Origin: Hyaloraphidium curvatum SAG 235-1
Lineage: Eukaryota; Fungi; Monoblepharomycota
Assembly (NCBI GenBank): GCA_025558095.1
Contig: JAIVFI010000020.1
Location: 186,001-250,000, forward strand
Reading direction: 5' to 3'
Length of the DNA: 64,000 nucleotides
Under the pieces are notes generated by a model. It was not told where the DNA came from. It ran no database searches and was given only the letters and a program-made list of their open reading frames with translations. Made by a program: the position numbers and the translations under genes. This document shows positions 42,289 to 52,450 of this stretch, one piece after another. Each line of letters opens with the position of its first letter. The stretch's first letter is position 1.

Positions 42289-45142
42289 TAGGGTGCCTGG
42301 CAAGCTCAAGAAATACCGTGCCCACGGGCATGCCCATCACCTGATCCGGTGCCCATGGGCACCATATGGGCATGCCCATCATGTACTTGTAGAAGAGAGT
42401 CTATTAGGAACGTGCACGATGCTGCGCTAAGAGTGCTTCCAAGCTTATCTGTGCCTCCCCCTCCTCAACAAAAGCCCGCAGCGGTTGAGCAGCAGCCAAT
42501 TGGGCTTCCTCAGCAGTGCGCAGTTGATTAATGTCGAGGAAACTCTCCAAGACATAGGGCCCTGTCGCGGCGCGGAAGACGGAAGTTGTCCCAAATCCCA
42601 CCTCGAACTCCTCCTCCTCCGCATCAATGCGAGGCCAAAGTGCGTGGAAAACATCTCGGTGCTGCTCGTTTTCCGGGTCCAGGGCCCGGATAGGAGCTCC
42701 CGAGCCCAAGGTCAAGGAATCCAGGACGTCGGCAAGGTTGTCATCGGTTCCGTGGGTTCTCCAGGGCTTTTCCTCCGCAGATTGCACCCTTGGCTTTAAG
42801 GTCTTCATCTCCTGCTTCAATGCGCTCTTGACCAGCCCTATTTCCTTCAACGTTGCGGAATTCATTCGATTCCGCGAGTCTGTCTTTGCAAGGCCCAAAC
42901 TGGAAAACACGCGCTCGGTCGCGGCACTGTGCGGCGCAATGCTAAGCACCATGAGCGCAAACTCGCGCACAAAGACGAGTTCCGTAGTGCCCAAGCCCCA
43001 GGTCTCCCAGAACTCCCTTGCCGTCCGAACCTGGCCGTCGATCCCGCTGAACATGTTGCGCCCGAAGAAATAGTCATCCAGCTGGGCAAGGACCGACAAG
43101 CTGGCCTCCTGTCGGAACTTCCAAGCAAGCAGCAGCTTGCCAATCTCCCATTCGAGCCACCGCTTCTTGTCCCTGCCGTCGACCTGGCACCCAGTCACAG
43201 AAAACTTCCGGTGAACAGGGGAAAGGTGGAGAGCAACAAGGTAGATCGCATGATCAAACTCCTTGACTCTGGCATTTAACGACAACTTAGCCAGAGCGAA
43301 TGTTTCCCTGGCACCCTCCACAACGGGACTAACACCACGCCAGGTCCGAGCAACCATCGAATACTCGATCAGTACGTCTGCCAGGGTCGCGTCCGAATGC
43401 TCAAGGCGGCCTAGGGCATCCACAATCGGCCTCACGATCTGGATCAGCTCCGCATTGTGGGCAAAGTGATACGGGTCCTTCACCACATCCAGCACCCGAT
43501 CTGGAACGTCTGTCGGCCGTACACCGGGTTCCAGGCCATCGTGCGCGTGTTGCGGGCTGAGGAGAAGACGGAACCACGGCTGATGTGCGTCAATGCCCAA
43601 GCAGACCGTAATGAGAGAGTACCAGCGCGAGTCGGTATGCGTCGCGAGGGAGTGTGCAACATCGTGCTTGCCGGCCCAAATCTGGGCCAAGCGGCGCCAC
43701 ATAGGCGCCTTGTGAATCCAATTGACGAGAGTGAGGTTCTTTTTGATCACGGAGGTGGCCCAGTCGTGCTTCACAATGTCCTTGACGAGCAGGTTGAGGT
43801 TGTGGAGAACACACCGAATGCCGATGATGTGGGGGTGCTCCGTGCTCACCAGCCGACGAAGCTTCTTCATGACGGAAGGACTGTCCGTGCAGAACGCGTT
43901 CACGGGGCCCGGGGCCGCGAGATTGAGGCCAATTGAGCGGCACGACATGTTCACCTTCTCGTGCAAAAGCTCCGCGTTGTGGCGATCCTGAGTGACATCC
44001 CAGAGGTCCAACAAACGCTCCATGCCCGGTGTAACGGCTACCATCGCGTAGATTGAGGCCCCAGACGAATCTTCCCATCCGTCAAGCTGCAGAGTCCACG
44101 ACTTTGCGGTCCCACAAAGCACGACCAACTTCTGGGCTTCGTCCCTAGTGATCTGGGTCAGGATACCACCAATAGAGTGGCGTGTCAGGGGCCGGTACGC
44201 CGGGCTCAGGATCCCCAGAGCTTGCAGCAAATATGGATTCGACGCGAATCGAAACGGGACGTTGCCGGTCACAAAAGCTTTGGTGATCGCAAAATCCACC
44301 GCACTTGCAGTGGCAGCAGACAGAGGGGGATGGAAATGAGCCAGGAGAGTTCCAGCGCCAGATGCGGAGCCCGCCGCAGAACACGCCGAGGGCGACGTCG
44401 ACGACGCGTCAGAAAACGCGTTCCTCTTCCTGCGTTTGCTCTGCGGCGCTGCAGCAGACTTTTTCTTCTGCTCCTCGTCGTACTGATTGAGGCGCCGAAG
44501 GTACGCGACGCGTTCTTCCCCCACGGACTTGCACTTGGAAACGATGTGCTGCTCCAACCGTTCTGGCCGGCCATCCATTTCCTCCGAGCAGAAAGTGCAC
44601 TTGGCCGTGACGCGTTTGCCCCTGTTCACCCCGTCCTTCCTTTTGACGAGGAAGCCCGCCCATCGCGGGTCGAGATCCGGTGCCGGGCGCACCCAATCGC
44701 CCCGCTCCACGGAAGGTCGCAAGGAGGCAGAGCCGCGCTCGGATCCGCTCTCCTCCTCGTCGCTGCGTCCTTCATTGACTGCGCTGATGCTGTCATTGGG
44801 CGCGAGTTCGTCCTCCATGTTCAGGACTTCGCAAAGCCGGTGAACTCGCGACGAACCCCCCACCCGCCGACCGCGACACCCTCGCAGAAAAGGAACGGAG
44901 ACCGCTCTACGGATGAATGATTTCATTGAATCACTATATCAATTCATCCACGTTTGCTTGGCGTGAGCGATAGATTCCGCGTCCTGGCCCTGGCTCCTGA
45001 CCCCTTAGGCCGGCTCCCCTGCCCGCTCGACGGGCTCGCTGTTGGGCACCCGGTGGGCAGCGCATCCGCAATTGGTGCCCATGGGCATGCCATGGGCATG
45101 CCCACTTTGGGCATGCCCAACTTTTTGGTGCCAGGCACCCTA
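42289..45142. mobile_element. Full-length hAT-superfamily DNA transposon
   Basis: Perfect 14-bp TIRs TAGGGTGCCTGGCA (42289-42302) and TGCCAGGCACCCTA (45129-45142). Palindromic subterminal GGGCATGCCC/TGCCCATGGGCA repeats at both ends. Internal transposase ORF. Confidence 0.92.
42404..44818 (-). CDS. hAT transposase (BED zinc finger, DUF659-type core, hATC dimerisation domain)
   Basis: BED-like WAGF...CTFC...LEQHIVSKC. Catalytic LDGW and TDSPS, CVLH (CxxH), RWYS and ATERVFS. Uninterrupted ORF; alternative ATG at 44926. Confidence 0.9.
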   Translation of the reverse strand: MEDELAPNDSISAVNEGRSDEEESGSERGSASLRPSVERGDWVRPAPDLDPRWAGFLVKRKDGVNRGKRVTAKCTFCSEEMDGRPERLEQHIVSKCKSVGEERVAYLRRLNQYDEEQKKKSAAAPQSKRRKRNAFSDASSTSPSACSAAGSASGAGTLLAHFHPPLSAATASAVDFAITKAFVTGNVPFRFASNPYLLQALGILSPAYRPLTRHSIGGILTQITRDEAQKLVVLCGTAKSWTLQLDGWEDSSGASIYAMVAVTPGMERLLDLWDVTQDRHNAELLHEKVNMSCRSIGLNLAAPGPVNAFCTDSPSVMKKLRRLVSTEHPHIIGIRCVLHNLNLLVKDIVKHDWATSVIKKNLTLVNWIHKAPMWRRLAQIWAGKHDVAHSLATHTDSRWYSLITVCLGIDAHQPWFRLLLSPQHAHDGLEPGVRPTDVPDRVLDVVKDPYHFAHNAELIQIVRPIVDALGRLEHSDATLADVLIEYSMVARTWRGVSPVVEGARETFALAKLSLNARVKEFDHAIYLVALHLSPVHRKFSVTGCQVDGRDKKRWLEWEIGKLLLAWKFRQEASLSVLAQLDDYFFGRNMFSGIDGQVRTAREFWETWGLGTTELVFVREFALMVLSIAPHSAATERVFSSLGLAKTDSRNRMNSATLKEIGLVKSALKQEMKTLKPRVQSAEEKPWRTHGTDDNLADVLDSLTLGSGAPIRALDPENEQHRDVFHALWPRIDAEEEEFEVGFGTTSVFRAATGPYVLESFLDINQLRTAEEAQLAAAQPLRAFVEEGEAQISLEALLAQHRARS

Positions 45143-45243
45143 CTGGCAGCCGCGGGCCCAGACACGGCCCCTGCGGGCGCCAGCCCAGCCGCCCGCTTCC
45201 CCAAGTCCGACAAAAGTCGACCCCGGCCTGCCGGACCACGGTC

Positions 45244-45981
45244 GTGCCTCCAGCCGACCGTCTCGCTCGTCAGGCAGCCAGCTCAGGCTCGGTCGAGCTG
45301 GAGGGGATCCGCAACGCCGGGGTCGCCGCGGACTGGACTCCCGCGGACGGCACTCCCGCGGACGGCACTCCCGCGGACGGCACTCCGCAGCATGCTGACT
45401 CTCTGAACAAGACGGCGGCGCCGGCGGCAGCCGAGTTCCCCGTTTTCACTTACGGGAGCCTGCGTCACGATGACGTCTATCGGCGTGCCATCGGCGGTCA
45501 GCGCTGGGAAGACGTTGGCGTCCCAGAGCGTGTTCGGGGATTCGTGAAGGGCTACGCGCGGCACCCGGTCAAGGAGGCGGCCTATCCGGCAATGATTTTC
45601 ACGGACGACGACAGGGACATTGTCGACGGTGCGCTGAGCTACGTCCCCGAGGCGTACCTTCGTCTGCTGGACGAGTTCGAGGGGGACGATTACGGGCGCT
45701 TCCCTGTGCAAGTCCACCTGACCACGGGCAAAACGGTTCAGGCCACCGCTTGGGTCTGGATCGCGGGAGCTCATTGGTTGGACTTGTCTTCCGCGTGGTC
45801 CTACGATGATTTCCTGAAGAACAAGCTGGCCGCGTGGCTGGCCATGTCGGACGAGGACTTCCTGGTCGCAGGAGAGACGCGCTTCCAGGTGCAGGAGACC
45901 GTTGAGCGCGAGAGCATTTGCGATGGCCAGGAAGATGATTTGGGATTCTCGACGATGGATGGGATCACCGTCATGGCCTGA
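45244..45981 (+). CDS. Gamma-glutamylcyclotransferase / AIG2-like protein lacking an obvious in-frame ATG
   Basis: VFTYGSL, VKGYARHPVK..YPAM and LLDEFEGDDY. N-terminal 15-bp TPADG tandem repeat (~45337-45387). Confidence 0.75.
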   Translation: MPPADRLARQAASSGSVELEGIRNAGVAADWTPADGTPADGTPADGTPQHADSLNKTAAPAAAEFPVFTYGSLRHDDVYRRAIGGQRWEDVGVPERVRGFVKGYARHPVKEAAYPAMIFTDDDRDIVDGALSYVPEAYLRLLDEFEGDDYGRFPVQVHLTTGKTVQATAWVWIAGAHWLDLSSAWSYDDFLKNKLAAWLAMSDEDFLVAGETRFQVQETVERESICDGQEDDLGFSTMDGITVMA

Positions 45982-46017
45982 CTGGACGATGGGGGAAAGA
46001 AGAGGACGAACGTGAAT

Positions 46018-48735
46018 TTAGGCGCTTCTGCCAGCTCTTTTCCTCGCAAAATGTTCAAAAGCGGTATCAAAGCTGTGCCGAGATATCGCGGCAGCCCCCG
46101 TGGACTGCCTGAGGGCCGCATTCGCAGCATCATTCACTATCCCGGCGATGTCACCGGCCACGAAGCCATCCGTCCGCATCGCCAGATCATTGACAAGCTC
46201 CTCGGGGAACGGCGTTCTCCGCCGTAAAGCTTCAAGGATTGCAACGCGATCCTGCCGGTCTGGTGGCGGGATCTTGACAACACGGTCGAAACGGCCAGGT
46301 CGAAGCAATGCTTGATCCACCATGTCCAGCCTATTCGTGCAGCCCAGGATGAAAAGACCCGTCCCCATCGTTTCGACGCCGTCCATTTCATTGAGCATGG
46401 TCGAAAGAATACGCTCCGGAACTCCGTTGGACGCCTCGCTCTCTGCCCCTGTGCTATGGTTAAAAACACACCCATTTGCTAGACGAGCAACGCACCTCGT
46501 TGAGTGCCGATGGCGTCGATCTCGTCAAATAGGAGCAGGCATGGCTTGAGGCGCTTCGCCTTTGCAAACAGATCGCGGATGTACCTTTCCGACTCGCCGA
46601 GATACTTGCTGAAGACTTCGGATGCGGAGATCGAGAGGAAGTTCAGAGCAGGATTCGATCCCAAAGCGTTGGCAAGGACGGTCTTGCCGCAGCCCGGCTC
46701 GCCGAGCAGCAGCACCCCCGAAGGAGGTTTGACCCCGAGTTCATTGAACGAGTCTGGGCTCAGGAGCGAGGTTTCGACCATGAGGCGCAGGCGCTGGATG
46801 ATGTGGTTGTATCTGCGATGCGTCGCAATTGTGAGGCACTAGACAAAGCACGTCGCGCGCAAAGTCCTACCCTCCAATGCTATCCCACGACGTGCTTGGC
46901 CTCGACTGTTCCACAGTAACCGACTGCGAAGCTTTGGCAATTGAGAGGGCAAACTTGAAGTCATCCCACACAAGCTGAGGGGCTGTCGCGCCCGTAGGGC
47001 TGCCATTCAGAGAGCGCAAGGCAGCATTCCAAGCTGCGTGTGCTAACACGGCCTCTAGATCGCTGCTCAAATAACCGGGTGTGAGCTTCGAGAGGCGATT
47101 GGCCACGTCTGAAGTCGGCAAGTCTGCTGTGGCACATTCAGAGGTGCGTAGTAGTCCCTCGAGAATCACCGCGCGGCGAAGAGCATCCGGCGAAGGAACT
47201 TGCACATGCGAAGCAAAGAGCTGCTGCAGAGATCCAAGCCCGGCGGAGTTGTCTGAAGCCAATCCAACAACCATGACCCGAAAGTGAGGCAATGTCCGTA
47301 TCTCCTCCGAGAGCTGGCTCGTCATCTTCGCTCGACTAAATGCTGAAGCACCATCCTTTGATCCCCGGAGCAGAACGTCCGCGTCCGGAAGCAGCAAGCA
47401 CGAAGGCGCAGACAGTTTCGCTGCACGGAAAACGGCGGCGATCACGCCTCGACTAGTGTCGGATATCTGGGTCGCATCGTCCTCCTCCTCTTGTTCCGCA
47501 TATCGGGCCGCTAGCGGAGCCAGCTTCAAGACATGCAGAGTCAGCTGCATCGTCCGGCAGAGGGCTCTGTGTAGGGCGTGTTGGTCAGATCGCGTGACGG
47601 GCCAACGAAAGCTCTGCACCTCAAGAGCTTTCCCTTGCCGACCCCAACTGGTCCCCGAACAAGAACGGACTTCGGCGGCCGTAAAGAAAGACCGGCGAAC
47701 CGTTCAGCCTGAAAGAAAGAGTCGTCTACGAAGAACGTATGGTAAGCCCTGTGATCAAGCAAGAAGAAGCTGAACGAGATGCCAACCGACAAGTTGCCGC
47801 AGCTCTGCGAGTTCCGAGGTCAATCCGTACGGCTCAACGGCATTCTCAGCCAACAGGAGATGGTTGTGTGCCGTTCCCTTCCTTCCAAGAGAGTTCAAAA
47901 TGACGGCTTCACCGAACTGCACGTCGGCTTCCCTCCCAACCTCGAGCAAGCCTTTGCATTCCGAGGTTCCGTCGACGGACACTGAAGCGGGATCCGCCAA
48001 GAAGAGACAAGCTCTACCAGACACTCGCAGTGCAAAGAGGGGCCATACGGCCACGGGCGCTTCCATCTCAGGTATGTAAAGCAGCCGTCCCTGCATCTGG
48101 CGCCGCAGAGCTGCCAGCCATGGTGCTATGTTCGACGGAAGATCCGTGTCGAAGGCAGCCAAAGCAGAGCCGTTGGGAAACCAAGGCTGTTCCTCAGCCA
48201 CCGTTGGAAACAACAAAGGCCGCAATAGGAGCGATGTGCATAACTGCGGCCTCGCTTCGGGCCGTTGAAGAGGGAGGTCATCGCCGGGCCGGATCAGGAG
48301 CGCCTCGGTAGCCCAATCCGGAACGAGAATCTCATCGGGCAAAGCGTCATCGTCCGCAATAGGCCGCAATGTCAAAGAAATAGCTGGCGACGTCTGCGCG
48401 TCCCCGAGAACGCAAGGAGCGGACAGCCCGAGACTGAGCATGAAGGTCACGGGGGCAATCTGTCCACCTGCGGGTCCATGCACGATGCAAGAGGAAAGGA
48501 ACGCGTCCGCAGCCCTCCGATACAGTTCTTTCCGTCGCCTGGCCTTGTAGCTGGGTCGATCCGCTATGCTGGAAGTCCTGGGGGTCGCCAACCGTGCTGA
48601 AGCGGACGTTGGGAACCGTTCCTCGCCGTCCGGAAGCAGGGTATCCCCAGCATGGTCGGCCTCCGACGTCGAGCCAGTGTTCAATCGCTCGAAAAGAGAC
48701 CGGAACGTGTCGAGACTCGCGCATTCGACGATCAT
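46018..48735 (-). CDS. Double-domain AAA+ ATPase of the CDC48/AFG2 (SPATA5/SPATA5L1-like) group, multi-exon
   Basis: D1 PPKSVLVRGPVGVGK with degenerate Walker B (LPDAD) and TPGYLSSDL. D2 SWDSIGG, GVLLLGEPGCGKT, FDEIDAIG, LNEMDG and ALLRPGRFDR. Confidence 0.82.
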
Positions 48736-48814
48736 GCGCGTTCGCGAACGAAGGCGGGGCAATACGGTTGATCGACGGCACCCCCGCTCGCTAAACAAAC
48801 AGCTTTGCCAATGG

Positions 48815-49801
48815 ATGGCCGTGACGATCCTGGACGGCGGTGTGGGCCACTGCCTGAAGCTCCGAGGGCTCAGGAGCAAAGTGGCCCCGGAGACGGACGG
48901 GTGGTTTATGGCCGGGGCGCTCGGGAACTTGGAGCGCCGTGACGCGGTGGTGGCAGTCCATCGCGACTTCATCCACGCCGGGTGCGATGTCATCACGACG
49001 AACTCGTACGTCTTGACGCCGTGGAACTCGGCAAAGTTCTCCCTCGATGCCAAGGCCGGCGCTTTGTTTCCAACTGCACCTTCCGACGTTCTCGACGCGC
49101 TTCTGGAGGCCGCATGCGAGAATGCGCGGACAGCCATCGCAGAATCGCGCGTCGGGAGGCACGTTGCAGTCGCCGGATGTCTGCCTCCGCTGCGGGAATC
49201 GTACCAGAGCACGGATTTGCCGGCTACGGCCGAACTGCGTTCCACGTACGAGAGGATTGCTCGTGTTCTGCAGCCGCGCGTCGATATGTACGTTGCGGAA
49301 ACCATGGCCACATCTTCCGAGGCTCTGGCAGCCGTTGGTGCGGCATCCGGCTATGGAAAGTTGGTTTTCTGTTCGTGGACCTTGCGGGACGATTGCACGG
49401 CACGTTTGAGGGACGGCACCCCGCTTTCGTCGGCCGTGGCCTCCCTCAGTGAGGCGAAGTTGGATGTTGATGCGGTGCTCGTCAACTGCTGCTCGCCCGC
49501 CGCGGTCGACGCCGCGCTGCCCGTCCTCGAAGCTTCGAAGGCCGCGCACTGGCGGATCGGTGGATACGCGAACGGCTTCCGCACCACGACCTCCGAATGG
49601 CTAGGCGAGGAAGTGCAACCAACCGACGACCTGCCCGCTGGCACGACGGCAGAGTACGACGGCACGGACCTGATCACGGTCGATAGCTATGCGCAGTGGG
49701 CCGAGCGCTGGGCTTCGTGCGGGGCGAGCGTTGTCGGTGGATGCTGCGGCGTGCAGCCGCAACACATGGCGGAGGTGGTTAAGCGGTTGAAGGATCGTTA
49801 A
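48815..49801 (+). CDS. Homocysteine S-methyltransferase (Zn-dependent; MmuM/SAM4-like), intronless
   Basis: ILDGG, HRDFIHAGCDVITTNSY, AETM, LVNCC, GGYANG and VGGCCG. Confidence 0.9.
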   Translation: MAVTILDGGVGHCLKLRGLRSKVAPETDGWFMAGALGNLERRDAVVAVHRDFIHAGCDVITTNSYVLTPWNSAKFSLDAKAGALFPTAPSDVLDALLEAACENARTAIAESRVGRHVAVAGCLPPLRESYQSTDLPATAELRSTYERIARVLQPRVDMYVAETMATSSEALAAVGAASGYGKLVFCSWTLRDDCTARLRDGTPLSSAVASLSEAKLDVDAVLVNCCSPAAVDAALPVLEASKAAHWRIGGYANGFRTTTSEWLGEEVQPTDDLPAGTTAEYDGTDLITVDSYAQWAERWASCGASVVGGCCGVQPQHMAEVVKRLKDR

Positions 49802-50131
49802 TGCTGTCAAGGTGAGCTGGTGGGCGATTGTGGGAGGAGTGCGACGGCGAAGATTATCGCAAATATTGGGTAATTCTGATCTCCGTGACGAGTTCAAGCG
49901 CATGGTGAACAATCTCTGAGCCAAAGTGAAACGATGGATTTGGGACTCGCGACGGACTGTGACTGTGGGCTATTCTAACGGCATTCCTCCCCGCAGAAGC
50001 ACTGCATAACGCCACGAATCGAGTCGCTTTGAACTGGCATTCCCGGCGACAATGACATGTGTCCGTACTATTGATACCCTCGAAAACCCTCTCTGGTCCT
50101 CCACTTGCCATTCTTTCTGCGTTCCGTCCGG

Positions 50132-51481
50132 TCACTCGGTCGATTCCTCCGCGGCCGCCTCCGAGATCGCGGTGACCTGCTCGGCGACGTCGCGGATGGC
50201 ACCGCGCACGTCCTCGGCGGTCTTGGCGGTGGAAAGCTTCGCGGAGGCTTCGTCGAGGGCCCCGGCCATGGAGATGTTCATCGCTGAAGGATGAGGTTAG
50301 ACCGCGCAGGAAAAGGCCAGCCCGCAGCACTGCCTACCGGCGCTGGTGACCAGCTCCTCCGCGCCCTCCCTCAGCTCCGCCGCCTCCTCCTGGATCTCGT
50401 TCGACGCCTCGAGCTGCTCCGTGCCCTCCTCGAGCTCCTGCTCGCCGAGGCTGCTGAGCTTGCTGGCCGTGGTCTGGGCGGCCTTGGCCATGGCGCGCGA
50501 GGAAACGGAGGAGAGGATCTGGTCGCGGCCCATGCCGATGAGCATCTGCGACCGGGTCTCGAAGAAGTTCTTTGTGGAGAAACGAGGTCAGTAGTGGCAC
50601 TATGACGGCAGCGCAATCCAAACCTTGAGGTAGGGAGCGTCGAGGGTGTCGATCACGCCCCTGAGCGCCGCCATCTCGCCGCCGATCCTGGCCAGCGCGA
50701 GGCCGTGCTCGGTGTCCTCGGCGCCGACCATCCCAAACACCTCGGCCAGCATGCCGACGTTGCGCGAGGCCGCGAGCAGCTGGGCTCCTTCTTCGATGTC
50801 GGTGATGCCGGCCTGCGCCATGGCCTCGGCCAGCCTCTCGGACCGCTCGGCCATGATCGCCGCGGCGGAAGCAGCCTGGAAGTCGAGCTTGGCCTCGCTC
50901 TCGGCGTCGTTCGCGGCGTCGGTGGCCAGGCCGGCGGCCTCGCGGGCGACGCTGCGGACGAACTCTTCGTGCTCGATATCATGGTCGTGGTCGTGGTCTC
51001 CGTGGTCGTGCGAGTGTCCTCCGTGTCCGCCGTGGGAATGATCGTGTCCGCCTCCTGATTGTCGAACGACGGTGGGGGAACATGTCAGATCAGACGACGC
51101 GAGCCACAAGAGGACGTCAGATCACGCAATCAATGCCGCGAAACGCGTGGAACGCACCCCTGTGGCCCCTCCCCCCGCGCCCGCGGCCCCTCCTCTGGGC
51201 GGGACCCCCGCGCGGCGGACCCATGCCGGGCACGAAGGGCGGCGGCATCCCGAAGCCGGGCGGCAGCGACGGCATGCCGTACATCATCATGCCGGGGGGC
51301 GCGCCGTAACCGGGCGGGAACTGCATGTACGCTGATGTCCGGAGAGGGCGCGTCAGCGAGGCAGCGAAACTCCGGCGGGCCGGCGCGCACCCTGCGGCGG
51401 CATCCCCATGCCGGGCGGCATCATCGGCGGCGGACCGGGGCGCGGAGGGCGCGGCTGGCCAGGGCGAGGCGGCGCGGACAT
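50132..51481 (-). CDS. Hypothetical protein: Pro/Met/Gly low-complexity + RGG, His-rich linker, acidic Ala/Glu-rich helical domain, multi-exon
   Basis: Exons joinable by short GT-AG introns: MSAPPRPGQP..., PPGMMMYGMP...RGRGRGGRG, GHDHSHGGHGGHSHDHGDHDHDHD, AGITDIEEGAQLLAAS..., ...AAAEESTE*. Confidence 0.6.
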
Positions 51482-51673
51482 CGGAGGGAGTTCGGGATGA
51501 GATGAGTCGTTGCTTGCGACCACGCGGGTGGCAGTCCCGTCCCTGAGCCCGGGACGAAGCCCCGACGACCCTGATCGACCCCCGGCCATCAGACTGATGA
51601 AGCACCGGATGCATTCAAATCAGATCTATACGGTCACGCTCTCATCCACCCCGGCTCGCACACCAGCTCACAT

Positions 51674-52018
51674 TCAGCCCTGATGATGTTTGAGCTCCAC
51701 CTCGACAAACTTGATGTCGCCGTCGAATCCATCGTCCGCGGCGCGTCTGACCTCGTGTTCGACGCCCACTTGCCGCGTGTACGCGACGCCGGGGTTCAGT
51801 TGGAAGGTGGAGAGCACCGGAACGCCGTCAGCCCCCTTGTTCAGGACTTGGAGAGTCCCGGCGGTGATAGGCACGACAACGAATTCCATGCCGTGTCGGT
51901 GCCATCCCGTCGTCGTTCCGGGCGGGAACTGCCACTCCGTCACTTTGACCAGATCATTCTCCAGCCGTAGAACGGCGCGAGCGGTCGTCTCGTGGGAAAT
52001 CGAGATTGGGTCCGACAT
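51674..52018 (-). CDS. Small cupin-domain protein (bacterial BauB-like), intronless
   Basis: LENDLVKVTEWQFPPGTTTGWHRH, VVVP, YTRQVGVEHEV and FVEVELK. Confidence 0.8.
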   Translation of the reverse strand: MSDPISISHETTARAVLRLENDLVKVTEWQFPPGTTTGWHRHGMEFVVVPITAGTLQVLNKGADGVPVLSTFQLNPGVAYTRQVGVEHEVRRAADDGFDGDIKFVEVELKHHQG

Positions 52019-52450
52019 TCTTCCCGGGGGGCGATGGAACGCGGGTAAACCAAAGATCTGTTCGTGTAAACGTCCGAGCAATGCTCGATGAGGGCGCTGG
52101 CGCGGTTGAGGTTCTTCCGGGAGGGTCGGTGGCACTTTAGGAGAGAGGTAAGTGAGCGACTCCCGCCCGCGGATCCCCAAGCAAACTCCGGCGCCGTTCC
52201 AACGCGGTAGCCAGAGTGCCACCGCTCCGCCACGTCTCTCCGCGCATTGGCCCGCGTGCGTCTCGCGACCCCGCGCGGCCGCCGCATGGCCGCGAGGGTC
52301 TGCTGACCCGGCCCGCGGTGCCGACTCACAAACATTGGAAAGGGCGCCAGGGGGGCGGGGGTCGCGCGCGGATCTGAGCGACCGGACTCCGGCGAAAAGG
52401 ATCAAGCAGACACCGCCGAAGGCCGACCACTGCTGAAGGCCGGGCACGCC

